A DNA stretch of 32,000 bases from Opitutia bacterium KCR 482 (GCA_029269845.2 CP149973.1:780001-812000), one strand, 5' to 3'. Shown: positions 1 through 10,284, numbered from the stretch's first letter. The notes: generated by a model not told the origin, from the sequence alone. Translations and numbers: made by a program.

Positions 1-2
1 AG

Positions 3-3000
3 GCGTCGCTCAACGCGGTCGCAACGGAGGACATGTTCGAGCACGCAAACCGCATCAATTACAGAATACAGAGCTTGCCGTTCTACTCGGGCATTCACGG
101 CCTGACGGTATCGGGCATGGGCGGCAAGGCGGGAACAAAGGCGTTCGACCTCGACTTCCGCGACGGCGACGACCAAAGCTCGATGGCGCGTATCCGCAAC
201 CTCGACGACATCAAACAGCTCGACATTTTCCGCTCGGGCTCGCTGCCCGACAACACACTGCTTTCGAGGGTGTTCTTCCACAGCGCAAGCTTCAACACAA
301 AGGGCATACTCGTAAACGTGCGCGATGGCGGTTTGAAGAAGGACCTTTCCCTCGGTCTTACCCGCAAGGACTTCGGCAACGAAGACGAAGAGCTGCTCGA
401 CAAAGACAACAACAACGCGCCCGAATATTTCGAACGCCCCTACGGCGTGGCGGGCTTCGACTTCAAAACGACGGCATACCCGCTCGTAAAGGACAACGTA
501 TACAGATACCACCACAACCCGAACAAATCGGGCGAGCCCGACAGAAAGCTCAGGGGCACGGGGCACATCTTCGGCCCGCAGATGTACGGGCACGAAAACA
601 CAGCCGACGCAGAATCGCTCTCGACTATCCGGCTGATGGCGGACATGTTCGACGACAAATACATTTGGAAAGACCCCGGCGGCCCTCTTTGGGACCAGCT
701 CCGCTCCTATTATAATACGAGAACCGAAGACCTCGCCGACCGCGAAACGCTCGACGCCCGCGTTCAGACGGACGACCGATACGGACTCAAACCCGTTGTA
801 AAACGCTTCCAAGTGTTCTACGTTCCCACTTTTGTAAACTACGGCGGACAGAAGTACGGCCTGCGTCTGCACATCATGCCGCTGCTGATTCTCTACAATC
901 CGTACGATACGAAAATCAAGGGCGACACATACTACGCAATCCGCGTGTGGGGGCAGTTCAGACACCCCACGGGCGCGTTCAGGTTTGCAATCGGCTACGA
1001 AACGGGGCAGTACTTCCAGTGCCTGAGAGACCTCCGCACGGAAATTATCCCCTCGATGAGCGACGAAATCACCCGCGCCGACCCCGACAAAAAATCGCTC
1101 CGCCAGTTCATGCTTCCGTTCAGGCGCGGCACGGTCTGGGGAAGAAACGAACAGACCGACAGCGGCACAATCGTCAACAACATCAACCCGACCTCGAACA
1201 ACGACTACCCGATTAAGTGGCTTATGTCGCGCTACACGGCGTTCTTCGAAGGTTTCAGATACGGAAATACGGACGTTCCCGCGTTTCCGTTGGGCTACGG
1301 CATAAAGCAGAACATGCTTTCGCAGGCGGACATAAAAAACGCAATCGCGCCCACCGACATCAACGTCTCGGAAACTTTCAAGTGGAGGCACTGGAAAGAC
1401 ATCGTGGCGGACGGCAACATAGTCCCGTCGAGCGAGCTTGCCTCGGAAAGGGCGACGGCGGGAAGAAACCGCTACGCCGCGCGGGTTGCGAGAATCCCGC
1501 TCTATCTCAACAGCATAATCTACGCGGTAACGCACGGTTCGTACTTTAACTCTATCCTAAAAGACCCCGACGCCGCCGAAGGCTACCTGTTCTTCGCACA
1601 GCGCAGTATCGACGCCCGCAACCCCGAAAACGCGAGCAAAATCTACACCGCCAGCGACGGCAACACCGACGACGCAAACCTGCGCTTTATGGCCTACGAC
1701 GCAAAGGGAATCGAACCCGGCAAGGCGAAGATTTTTTCCATGAAGAAAATCATAAGCTACGTCGGCAACCCGAAGAACAAGGGCAGCTCTTCCGACCAGG
1801 ACAAGGACGGCCCGAACGGCGTACTCGAAGAAAACGCAACAAAGAGCCTTTACGAAGAGCGCGACGCCATGATGTACGGACTCGACAACGGCGGCGTTCT
1901 CGGCGGCTGCTTCTATGTGGATATTCCCCACCCAGAAGCCGAGCACGCCGCGAAGTACGACAACGACACCGACTGGCAGTACAGAGACAGGCTCGGCAAA
2001 TACGTTCTCTTCGACCTAGACCTCATCGCCGCGTGCAACATCAAGGACGTGAACGGCGCGAACATGGAGACGAATATCAACAACCTGTATATAGACATGC
2101 AGGACATCGAAGGCGTCTACCCGCGCAAGGAAATGTCGGGCATGGAAACCCACAAAATGCTGGGAGCGGCATTCAACATGACGCCGCTCGGCTACGCGAT
2201 TTCCTCTTACAACCTCGACTACACCCGCCCGTCGGACTGCTCCTCGAATCCGCCGAACACGAACGCAAAATACTGGAATCCGATTCACAGACACCAGCTT
2301 GAATATGTCCGCCTGAACCTCGACATCTGGATTTGGAAGCGCGAAGGTTTCGAATTCGCAAAGTTCTGCCCCACAAACGCAAAAAACACAGGCAGGGACT
2401 ACGCGGCGGGCTTGCAGATTATGGGGCCGTCGCTCATGCACATGCGCGGCTTCCGCTTCTTCTGCTTCAAACAGCCCAGCTTCCCCGACCCGTCAATCGG
2501 CGCGTACGGTCAGAAAACGCAGTCGGGCGAGGCGCAAAACTACTACGTATATACAAACTACCACTGCCCTGGAGAGGCGCGCATGGACAACGGAAGGTCG
2601 CTGTTCCTAGCCGCGTACCGCAATACCGACACGAACTCGAACGGCGCGTGGTACTCGGACGGCGTAAACGGCGGCGGCAACCAGACGGTTGACGGCGCGC
2701 TGAAACAGCTGCTCGGCTTCGGAACGCCGTTCTCGACCAACGCGCCCGGCAACGACGAATCAAAGTTGGGCGCAGGCTCGACGGTAGCGACAGAACCTAT
2801 CCACCGCGCCCGATTCTACATCAACTGGCTCACGCTCAACCCCCGCAGACACTCGGCAAACTACTGGAAAAACCACGACAACTGCCGCATGTACAACTCG
2901 TCGGCGCAGTACATTCCGTCGGTCGACGCAACGGAAATCTGCATGGACACCGAAGGACTTGGCGACACGCTCCCGCAGGCAATCAGGCACAACAAAGACC

Positions 3001-5033
3001 TCTCCATTAACAGCACAAACTACAACTACGCCCGACAGCTCTACGCGTCAATCAACGACACCACCGGCCGCGTGCCCTACGGCCTGATTTTCGCGCAGCC
3101 CTACGCCAACAGCTCGGCTGGGCACGAACCGTTCTTCAACGTCCGCCCCTTCGTGAACTCCAACATTCACGCGACGGGCTACTACGGAGACTGGTCGGGC
3201 AGGGAAATCCCGATTTCGGGCGAAAAGAAAACGCTCTACAACACGATTTCCCGCCTGACAAAGACAATGCAGTCGCTCAATCAGGCTTACGGAACGAAGG
3301 ACGGCATGACCTACGTCGGCAACTCGCTCGTGGGCGTCGCCGACGGACACGTAAGAATAGGCCTGAAAGAGGAATTGGGCACGTACCAAGCCCCCGTTAT
3401 CCACGTCCTCAGAAAGACGGAAGTTGTATCCAACCCCGCAAACCTCGCGGGCGCGGGGCTTTCGTTCGGCATCGGCAAATACCAGGGCACGACGTGGCTC
3501 TACGAAGACACTGTAAGCGGATACTACGCGAACCTCGTAAACAGCGACCAGTTCCAACGCTCCTACGGATTGCAGACAAACGAATCGCAGTACCCGACGC
3601 TCGCGATTGGCAACTCGCTCTGCCCCGCCCGAATCTCGCCCGAACGCGCCTACCATGTAACCTGGCTCGACGGCGCAAGCGCGGTTTGGGACAGAAACGA
3701 CGACAACAACTCGGTGTCGCGCTCCGGTAAGTTCGACGGCAAGAGGGAATCGGCGTACTACGAAGACCGCGGAGTGCTCTACGACATCTCGTGGCAGCTC
3801 AACGACGCCCTCTGGGACGAATACTTCTTCTCGACCCTCCCCTACCGCAAGGACGAATCGAAGAACACTATCGACCAAGAGTACGCCTACCCGCAGAACC
3901 CGCGTATCCGCTACGCAGTAGAACGCGACGACTACCTCTCGCTCAGAGACCTTACCTCAGACTCAAACAAGGAGCAATTCGAGGAAAACGCCTCAAAGTT
4001 CTGGGTAAACGGAGCGTTCAACGTGAACTCCACAAGCGTGGACGCGTGGAAGGCGGTGCTCTCAACCTACTACGGGCAGGAAATCCGCGACTATCAGGGC
4101 AAGAGCCTCAAGCTGGAGCAGTCCGACGCCGCAGCGTTCCACCGCTGGCAGGCGCCCTACTCGGCAAAGGAATTCACCTCGTCTTCGTCGATTACCGAAG
4201 AGGACACCGCGTTCCAAGGGTTCAGGGCTTTGAGCGCGGAGGAAATTGAAGAGCTTGCCGTGGCGATTGTAGAACACGTCAAGGACAGAGGCCCGTTCTA
4301 TTCGATGTCGCACTTCGTCAACAGAGTCGTTCCCGACCTCTCGGCGGAACAACGCTACACGGAGGAATACCTCGGCAACGGCAAAGTTCCCCTGCCCTCA
4401 AAGCTCGACGACCGCAAAAACCTCGAAAAGGAATACGACGACCAAATTACATACCGCGTCTCGCACGCGCAGAAGGGCGTCTTGCAAGCGGCGATAGACT
4501 CGACTTCAATCAACTACCCGTTCCACACCGACAAAGACTTCATCATCTCGATAGACAACAACCGCAACATGTCGGAGGCTTTGCAGTACGACAACAACTG
4601 TAAGGACTATCAGGACGTGAAGAAGATTTGGGAAAACTGGCGCGGAGCTATCGGCCCGCAGGCGACGGGCGCGCCCGCGTACCTCATGCAGCAGGATTTG
4701 CTTGCGCGCCTCGGCTCGTTCCTGACGGTGCGTTCCGACACGTTCAAAATCCGCGCATACGGCGAAGTCCGCAACCCCGTTTCGGGAGCGGTCGAAGGCA
4801 AGGCGTGGTGCGAAATGCTCGTGCAGCGCATGCCAGAATATTTCGACTCTGAATCGCAAAATCAGGAACCGTGGAGAATCAGCGGCCGCGAACACGAAAT
4901 CGGCTATCAGGAAAAAGTCAACGACCAGCGCAACTTCAACACGCACGTAGACGAGCTCAACGACCTCAACAAGGAACTCGGCAGACGCTTCAAAATCGTC
5001 TCCTTCCGCTGGCTGAACGAAAAGGAAATCTAA
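3..5033 (+). CDS. Giant (>=1666 aa) non-cytoplasmic protein with GspK/minor-pseudopilin-like C-terminal module; Verru_Chthon cassette protein A-like; 5' end may lie outside the window
   Basis: The frame is open from the window edge (codons from nt 3, first ATG at 33) to TAA at 5031-5033. The C-terminal region (about nt 3990-4830) carries GspK-type motifs: NGAFNVNSTSVDAWKAVL, LSAEEIEELAVAIVEHVKDRGPFYSMSHFV and LTVRSDTFKIRAYGEV. I cannot assign the N/Y/D/G-rich N-terminal ~1300 aa to any family. Confidence 0.85.
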   Translation, partial: ASLNAVATEDMFEHANRINYRIQSLPFYSGIHGLTVSGMGGKAGTKAFDLDFRDGDDQSSMARIRNLDDIKQLDIFRSGSLPDNTLLSRVFFHSASFNTKGILVNVRDGGLKKDLSLGLTRKDFGNEDEELLDKDNNNAPEYFERPYGVAGFDFKTTAYPLVKDNVYRYHHNPNKSGEPDRKLRGTGHIFGPQMYGHENTADAESLSTIRLMADMFDDKYIWKDPGGPLWDQLRSYYNTRTEDLADRETLDARVQTDDRYGLKPVVKRFQVFYVPTFVNYGGQKYGLRLHIMPLLILYNPYDTKIKGDTYYAIRVWGQFRHPTGAFRFAIGYETGQYFQCLRDLRTEIIPSMSDEITRADPDKKSLRQFMLPFRRGTVWGRNEQTDSGTIVNNINPTSNNDYPIKWLMSRYTAFFEGFRYGNTDVPAFPLGYGIKQNMLSQADIKNAIAPTDINVSETFKWRHWKDIVADGNIVPSSELASERATAGRNRYAARVARIPLYLNSIIYAVTHGSYFNSILKDPDAAEGYLFFAQRSIDARNPENASKIYTASDGNTDDANLRFMAYDAKGIEPGKAKIFSMKKIISYVGNPKNKGSSSDQDKDGPNGVLEENATKSLYEERDAMMYGLDNGGVLGGCFYVDIPHPEAEHAAKYDNDTDWQYRDRLGKYVLFDLDLIAACNIKDVNGANMETNINNLYIDMQDIEGVYPRKEMSGMETHKMLGAAFNMTPLGYAISSYNLDYTRPSDCSSNPPNTNAKYWNPIHRHQLEYVRLNLDIWIWKREGFEFAKFCPTNAKNTGRDYAAGLQIMGPSLMHMRGFRFFCFKQPSFPDPSIGAYGQKTQSGEAQNYYVYTNYHCPGEARMDNGRSLFLAAYRNTDTNSNGAWYSDGVNGGGNQTVDGALKQLLGFGTPFSTNAPGNDESKLGAGSTVATEPIHRARFYINWLTLNPRRHSANYWKNHDNCRMYNSSAQYIPSVDATEICMDTEGLGDTLPQAIRHNKDLSINSTNYNYARQLYASINDTTGRVPYGLIFAQPYANSSAGHEPFFNVRPFVNSNIHATGYYGDWSGREIPISGEKKTLYNTISRLTKTMQSLNQAYGTKDGMTYVGNSLVGVADGHVRIGLKEELGTYQAPVIHVLRKTEVVSNPANLAGAGLSFGIGKYQGTTWLYEDTVSGYYANLVNSDQFQRSYGLQTNESQYPTLAIGNSLCPARISPERAYHVTWLDGASAVWDRNDDNNSVSRSGKFDGKRESAYYEDRGVLYDISWQLNDALWDEYFFSTLPYRKDESKNTIDQEYAYPQNPRIRYAVERDDYLSLRDLTSDSNKEQFEENASKFWVNGAFNVNSTSVDAWKAVLSTYYGQEIRDYQGKSLKLEQSDAAAFHRWQAPYSAKEFTSSSSITEEDTAFQGFRALSAEEIEELAVAIVEHVKDRGPFYSMSHFVNRVVPDLSAEQRYTEEYLGNGKVPLPSKLDDRKNLEKEYDDQITYRVSHAQKGVLQAAIDSTSINYPFHTDKDFIISIDNNRNMSEALQYDNNCKDYQDVKKIWENWRGAIGPQATGAPAYLMQQDLLARLGSFLTVRSDTFKIRAYGEVRNPVSGAVEGKAWCEMLVQRMPEYFDSESQNQEPWRISGREHEIGYQEKVNDQRNFNTHVDELNDLNKELGRRFKIVSFRWLNEKEI

Positions 5034-5040
5034 CACAACA

Positions 5041-5805
5041 ATGCTAAGGAAACTCGCAACACTCGTGTTTCTGTGCGCGTCGATTTTGTGCGCGCAGCAG
5101 GAACGGCAGCCACAACAACAGACGGAACAGAAAACGCAGGAGGAAAGCGTCGACGTTACAATCAAAATCTTCAAATGGGCATACTCAAACGCAATGACGA
5201 TTCCCAATATCGGCGGCGGCGTCTCGACCGTCCGCGCCTCGAAAGACCAAAACTTCGACCTTTGGTATAAATCGGGAGACGCCTACAAGGTTTTGAAAGT
5301 GTCGTCGGGTTCGATGTCGAACGCGATACACTACAAAGGACCGCGCACGATGGTCTTCTACAAGCGCGAAGCGGTCGCCACGGAAGACGGCACGCAGTAC
5401 AACTACCGCGAAGCCTGCCGCATGACAATCCCCCTCGGAATAGACGAACTCTTCGCGATGATGTTCAAAACGGGACGCTCGGTGGTATTCTACCCAATCA
5501 ACGTCTCGCCGAAAACCCTCCCCAAAGAGAAAATCGCCGTAATCAACATGACCTCGCACAGGGTCGCGCTGATGGTCGGCAAAGAGCCGAAACTGCTCGG
5601 ATCGGGCGCGAACGCAATCTTCAAGCCCAAGCAGAAGGGGGACACTTCGGTTGAAATCCAGATTGCGAGAATGGTTGACCGCAAATGGAAGCCCGTCTAC
5701 CACAACAATGTGTCAACCCCAAAAGACGCGCGGTGCGTGGTGCTTCTCTACGACCCCGTAAACAGGGCGTCGCCGAAATTCACGGTGCTTGTGCTCACGC
5801 TCTAA
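5041..5805 (+). CDS. Secreted hypothetical protein, probably co-transcribed with the giant protein
   Basis: ATG lies 8 nt after the upstream stop. MLRKLATLVFLCASILCAQQ looks like a signal peptide and is followed by a Q/E-rich linker. No family recognised. Confidence 0.75.
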   Translation: MLRKLATLVFLCASILCAQQERQPQQQTEQKTQEESVDVTIKIFKWAYSNAMTIPNIGGGVSTVRASKDQNFDLWYKSGDAYKVLKVSSGSMSNAIHYKGPRTMVFYKREAVATEDGTQYNYREACRMTIPLGIDELFAMMFKTGRSVVFYPINVSPKTLPKEKIAVINMTSHRVALMVGKEPKLLGSGANAIFKPKQKGDTSVEIQIARMVDRKWKPVYHNNVSTPKDARCVVLLYDPVNRASPKFTVLVLTL

Positions 5806-5994
5806 AACCGCGGCGGGCACAGCGCGCAAATTTTCCCGCGCGGAGGCAAAACGCGCCCGAACCGCAAACGGCGGGAGGATTTCTAACAAAAGTCCGCACA
5901 TGCTCAAACATTCCCAAAATGCGGTGAAAAATTCGCGCACCGCGCCTCAAAAAATGTGGACAAAACAAACCGATTATTTCATTCTTTTGCAATT

Positions 5995-8028
5995 ATGAAC
6001 TTCAACACTATATTGGATATCGCAGTATTTATTGCGTTCATCGCGGCGGTCGTTTTCGTCGGATTGTATAAAAGCCGCGGAGAAGGCGGCAGCGAAGACT
6101 ACTTCCTTGCGGGGCGCGGACTCACTTGGTGGCTCATCGGCATTTCACTCATTGCCGCAAACATCTCCACGGAACAGTTCGTGGGCATGAGCGGAAGCGC
6201 GGCGGGCATTTCGGGGCTGGCAATCGCAAGCTACGAATGGATGGCGGCAATCACGCTCGTCTTCGTGGCGTTCCTGTTCCTGCCCAAATTCCTCAAAAGC
6301 GGAATCTACACGGTGCCGCAGTTCCTCGAATTCAGGTTCGACGCGCTCTCGCGCTCGGTGATGTCGTTCATGATGGTGATTGTGCTCGTGCTAGTGAACG
6401 TGACGGCGGTCATCTATTCGGGCGCGACGGTCGCCGACACGGTGTTCGGACACTCCGCAGACCTCCCCTTTGCGCTCGACCTCGAAGTCGCGTGCTGGGG
6501 CATCGGGATTATCGCGGCGGTGTACGTCTGCGCGGGCGGCTTGAAGGCGTGCGCGTGGGCCGACCTTTTGCAGGGCACGGCTCTCATCGTAGGCGGCATG
6601 CTGATTGCGTACTTCGCCTTCGACGCGTTCGCGGCAAAGCCCGCGGCGGAAATCGCAACGACGGCTACGTTCACGCCGCAGGCTCTCGACTCCCTCAAAG
6701 ACGCGGGCATCATCGAAAAATTCGTATCGCTCAACTACGACAAACTAACAATGTTCATGCCCGCAGACCACTCCGAAATTCCGTGGACTGCCCTCATCAT
6801 CGGCCTGTGGATTCCCAATTTCTACTACTGGGGCTTCAACCAGTACATCATTCAGCGCACGCTCGGCGCGTCGAGCCTTGCGGAAGGCCAAAAGGGCATC
6901 ATGCTTGCGGCGGGGCTTAAACTCATAATTCCGTTCATCATCGTAATCCCCGGAATCATGGCGTTCAACCTCTATTCCGACGACCAGGCGCACGCGGCTC
7001 AGATGGACAAGAAAATCGCGACGGAAAACGCCAAGGCGTACTCCGTTGTGTACTTCGACTGGCTCGACCAAAACAACAAAAAATACGACCCCCGCCTTGC
7101 GGTAGAAACGTTCTCGTACGAGCAGAAAAAGGGCGCAAAGCACCCGATTTTCTCGGAGCACGAAATGAACGCCCTCCACGACGAATACGCCCGCGCAAAG
7201 GCCGACGGCACCGTTTACCTCACGCAGTTCGTCTACGACAAGGGCTGGGCGAAGGCAAACGAAAACGGCGCAAAGGCTCTCGTCGACGCATGGAATGCGC
7301 GCAACTCGGCGAACTTCGACGACCCCATGTCGACGAAAAAAACCTTCTACGGCTACAAGTACGACTCCGCTTTCGGGCTGCTCATCACAAAGGTGCTCCC
7401 CGCGGGCTTCGGTCTCAAAGGCTTCATTTTCGCCGCACTCCTCGGCGCGGTCGTAAGCTCGCTTGCGGCAATGCTCAACGCGGCGTCCACGATTTTCACA
7501 ATCGACATCTACAAGAAATTCCTCAACAAAAACGCGAGCGACAAAAACCAAGTGCTCGTCGGCAGGCTTTCGGTGCTGATTTTCGCGGTCATCGGCTGCC
7601 TCGTAGCCCCCGTGCTCGCAAACCCGAACCTCGGAACGGTGTTCGTGTACATTCAGGAATTTCAGGGCTTCCTCTCGCCGGGCATTTTGGCGGTGTTCAT
7701 CTTCGGCATGTTCTCGCGCAGGGCCCCGCGCTTCGCGGGCGCAATCGGCATCATAACAAGCCCCGTGGTCTACGGCCTGCTCAAACTCTTCTGCGGCGAC
7801 ATCGCGTTCCTCAACAGAATGGCGATTACGTTCGCGGTATCGCTCGGCATCATGGCTCTGCTCACGCTCGTAAAGCCGCTTAAACAGGATATCGTAATGC
7901 CCGAAAACACAACCATGGACCTGTCGTCGTCGAGGGGCGCAAAGATTTCGGGAATCGCGATTCTCGTGACGTGCGTTGCGCTCTACGTCGCGTTCTCGGG
8001 GCTCTTCCTCCACGCACCGCAAATGTAG
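5995..8028 (+). CDS. Sodium:solute symporter family (SGLT-like) sugar transporter
   Basis: N-terminus ...DYFLAGRGLTWWLIGISLIAANISTEQFVGMSG... is the canonical SSF signature and the protein has many TM segments. I prefer ATG 5995 (MNFNTILD) to the track's GTG at 5956. Confidence 0.9.
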   Translation: MNFNTILDIAVFIAFIAAVVFVGLYKSRGEGGSEDYFLAGRGLTWWLIGISLIAANISTEQFVGMSGSAAGISGLAIASYEWMAAITLVFVAFLFLPKFLKSGIYTVPQFLEFRFDALSRSVMSFMMVIVLVLVNVTAVIYSGATVADTVFGHSADLPFALDLEVACWGIGIIAAVYVCAGGLKACAWADLLQGTALIVGGMLIAYFAFDAFAAKPAAEIATTATFTPQALDSLKDAGIIEKFVSLNYDKLTMFMPADHSEIPWTALIIGLWIPNFYYWGFNQYIIQRTLGASSLAEGQKGIMLAAGLKLIIPFIIVIPGIMAFNLYSDDQAHAAQMDKKIATENAKAYSVVYFDWLDQNNKKYDPRLAVETFSYEQKKGAKHPIFSEHEMNALHDEYARAKADGTVYLTQFVYDKGWAKANENGAKALVDAWNARNSANFDDPMSTKKTFYGYKYDSAFGLLITKVLPAGFGLKGFIFAALLGAVVSSLAAMLNAASTIFTIDIYKKFLNKNASDKNQVLVGRLSVLIFAVIGCLVAPVLANPNLGTVFVYIQEFQGFLSPGILAVFIFGMFSRRAPRFAGAIGIITSPVVYGLLKLFCGDIAFLNRMAITFAVSLGIMALLTLVKPLKQDIVMPENTTMDLSSSRGAKISGIAILVTCVALYVAFSGLFLHAPQM

Positions 8029-8034
8029 GGAAAT

Positions 8035-9186
8035 ATGAAAGAATCACTCGTATCTTCTTTTGAAAAAATCTTCGGGCGCAAGCCCGAAGCCCTCGCGCAG
8101 GCTCCGGGGAGAATCGAATTCATCGGCAACCACACCGACTACAACGGCGGTCTCGTAATGGGGGTCGCGCTCGACAAGGACGTGATGGTTGCAATCGCAA
8201 AGCGCGCCGACCGCAGGCTGTGCTTCGCCCGCGCAAAATTCGGCGACAAGGTTTTCGTAGAACTCGACGCACTCGAAAAACAGCCCAAAGAGCTGAACTG
8301 GGTAAACTATCCGCTGGGCGTGTTCAAGTTCCTCGTGCAGGCGGGGCTGAAAGCCGACTGCGGCTTCGACATGCTCGATTGCAGCAACCTGCCCGCGGGC
8401 GCGGGGCTTAGCTCCTCGGCGGCAATCGAACTGGCGAGCGCGTACGCGATGTCGAAACTCTACGGCTTCGAAGCCGACCGCAAGACGCTCGTGAAAATCG
8501 GGCGCAAGTGCGAAAACGAATTCGTCGGAATGCCCTGCGGCATTCTCGACCAGGGCGTTTCGGGCTTCGGCAAAAAGGACACAATCGTTTACATCGACTG
8601 CCTCACTGAGGAATTTTCAAACTATCCCCTGCCCCCGAACTGCCGCTTCTGGCTCTTCAACTCTACGAAAAAGCACGCGCTCGTCGACGGGCTGTACGCG
8701 GCAAGGCACGCGGAGTGCATGGAGGCGGCGAAAATCCTCTCGAACGGCGGCAGGCAAAAACCGCTAAGGGCGTTCACGCCCGCCGATTTGGAGTCGGCAA
8801 AAGACAAAATGTCGGACGTAGTTTACCGCCGCGCAAAACACGTTATCGAAGAAAACGCCCGCGTGGTGAAGGCCAAGGAACTGCTGCTTTCGGGCGACAT
8901 CGCGGGGGTCGGCAAACTTCTGAACGCCTCGCATGAAAGCTCGCGCAGGCTCTTCGAAAACTCCTGCGAAGAGCTCGACTTCCTCGTCGATACGGTCTCG
9001 ACAATGAAGGGCGTTTTCGGCGCGCGCCTGAGCGGCGGCGGATTCGGCGGCGCGGTAATGGCGCTGACGGACGAAACGTTCTCGCAAGCCGACGCCGAAA
9101 AGGTCGCGGAACTCTACGAGGCGAAATTCGGCAAAAAACCCACGGTATTTACTTGCGCGTCGGGCGACGGCGCGAAAACCGTATAA
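8035..9186 (+). CDS. galK: Galactokinase (GHMP kinase)
   Basis: Galactokinase signature APGRIEFIGNHTDYNGG, GHMP motif PAGAGLSSSAA and C-terminal GGGFGG. Starts 6 nt after the transporter stop. Confidence 0.93.
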   Translation: MKESLVSSFEKIFGRKPEALAQAPGRIEFIGNHTDYNGGLVMGVALDKDVMVAIAKRADRRLCFARAKFGDKVFVELDALEKQPKELNWVNYPLGVFKFLVQAGLKADCGFDMLDCSNLPAGAGLSSSAAIELASAYAMSKLYGFEADRKTLVKIGRKCENEFVGMPCGILDQGVSGFGKKDTIVYIDCLTEEFSNYPLPPNCRFWLFNSTKKHALVDGLYAARHAECMEAAKILSNGGRQKPLRAFTPADLESAKDKMSDVVYRRAKHVIEENARVVKAKELLLSGDIAGVGKLLNASHESSRRLFENSCEELDFLVDTVSTMKGVFGARLSGGGFGGAVMALTDETFSQADAEKVAELYEAKFGKKPTVFTCASGDGAKTV

Positions 9187-9193
9187 CTTGGAC

Positions 9194-9221
9194 AAAAGCG
9201 CGTCGGGTGGCGCGCTTTTTT
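9194..9221 (+). terminator. Rho-independent terminator after galK
   Basis: AAAAGCGCG-tcgggtgg-CGCGCTTTT gives a 9-bp stem followed by a T run. Confidence 0.7.
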
Positions 9222-9291
9222 CTTGAAGAAAATGGGCGTCGGGCTAATTTCGCCGACTCCCGAAAACAATTTAACCAATAGAATCGCAATC

Positions 9292-10284
9292 ATGAATGTA
9301 CTGGTAATCGGAGGCGCGGGCTACATCGGAAGCCACTGCGTAAGACAACTCATAGCCGCGGGGCACAAACCCGTGGTTCTCGACAACCTTGTCTACGGAC
9401 ACAAGGGGGCTTTGCTGCCGTCGGTAAAATTCTACCGCGGAAACCTCGAAGACAAAAAGCTTGTGGGCGAAATTCTCGACAACGAGAAAATCGACATCGT
9501 AATGCACTTCGCCGCGTTCATCAACGTCGGCGAATCGGTCATGAACCCCATCAAGTACTACTACAACAACCTTTCGGGCGTAATAACGCTCATCGAAACG
9601 ATGATAGAGCACGGCGTGAAAAAGTTCGTGTTCTCGTCAACCTGCGCGACTTTCGGCGTGCCGCAGAAGCTTCCGCTCACCGAAGACCACCCGCAGCTGC
9701 CGATTAACCCCTACGGTCAGACGAAGCTCGACGTCGAAAACTTCCTCAAAGCATGCGCGCGCGCATACGGGCTGAGCTTTGTGGCGTTGCGCTACTTCAA
9801 CGCGTCGGGCGCGGCGGAGGACGGCACAATCGGCGAAGACCACACGCCCGAAACGCACATCATTCCGCTTACGATTTTCGCCGCAACGGGCAAACGCCCC
9901 TCGATTAACGTCTTCGGGACAGACTACAATACGCCCGACGGCACATGCCTGCGCGACTATGTCCACGTTGACGACCTCTGCCGCGCTCACATCGCCGCGT
10001 TCAAAAACCTCGAAAAGGAGGGCAGCTGCTCGTTCTACAACCTCGGCACGGGCACGCCGAACTCGGTTCTGGAAATCATCAAGGGCGTCGAGGAAGTCAC
10101 GGGGCTGAAAGTTCCCGTGGTCTACGGCGCGCGCCGCGAGGGCGACCCCGACGCGCTCTACGCAAACTCGCAAAAAGCGCAGACGGAACTCGGCTGGAAA
10201 ATCAAATTCACCGACGTCCGCGCGATTATCGAAACCGCGTGGAGGTGGCACAAAAACAACCCCAACGGATTCCCGAAAGACTAA
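9292..10284 (+). CDS. galE: UDP-glucose 4-epimerase
   Basis: MNVLVIGGAGYIGSHCV Rossmann N-terminus, YGQTK catalytic motif, and GalE-like along its length. The track's TTG start at 9223 abuts the terminator, so I prefer ATG 9292. Confidence 0.92.
   Translation: MNVLVIGGAGYIGSHCVRQLIAAGHKPVVLDNLVYGHKGALLPSVKFYRGNLEDKKLVGEILDNEKIDIVMHFAAFINVGESVMNPIKYYYNNLSGVITLIETMIEHGVKKFVFSSTCATFGVPQKLPLTEDHPQLPINPYGQTKLDVENFLKACARAYGLSFVALRYFNASGAAEDGTIGEDHTPETHIIPLTIFAATGKRPSINVFGTDYNTPDGTCLRDYVHVDDLCRAHIAAFKNLEKEGSCSFYNLGTGTPNSVLEIIKGVEEVTGLKVPVVYGARREGDPDALYANSQKAQTELGWKIKFTDVRAIIETAWRWHKNNPNGFPKD

Noticed and set aside
26-30. GGAGG just upstream of ATG 33 as evidence for the true start of the giant gene
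   Set aside because: The spacing to the ATG is only 2 nt, too short for a functional SD. The frame stays open to the window edge, so the start remains undetermined.
5956-5994. GTG start for the transporter at 5956 (likewise the TTG start at 9223 for galE)
   Set aside because: The downstream ATGs at 5995 and 9292 give canonical family N-termini, and the galE TTG directly abuts the galK terminator.
6418-6429. SGAT tetrapeptide in the SSF transporter as a possible ApbE flavinylation site
   Set aside because: It lies inside a predicted TM helix, lacks the upstream Asp of the Dxx(S/T)GA(S/T) motif, and is a common SSF helix sequence.
6745-8022. 425-aa minus-strand ORF inside the SSF transporter gene
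   Set aside because: Antisense shadow ORF. Its highly charged R/E/H composition matches no family, whereas the plus strand encodes a canonical SSF protein.
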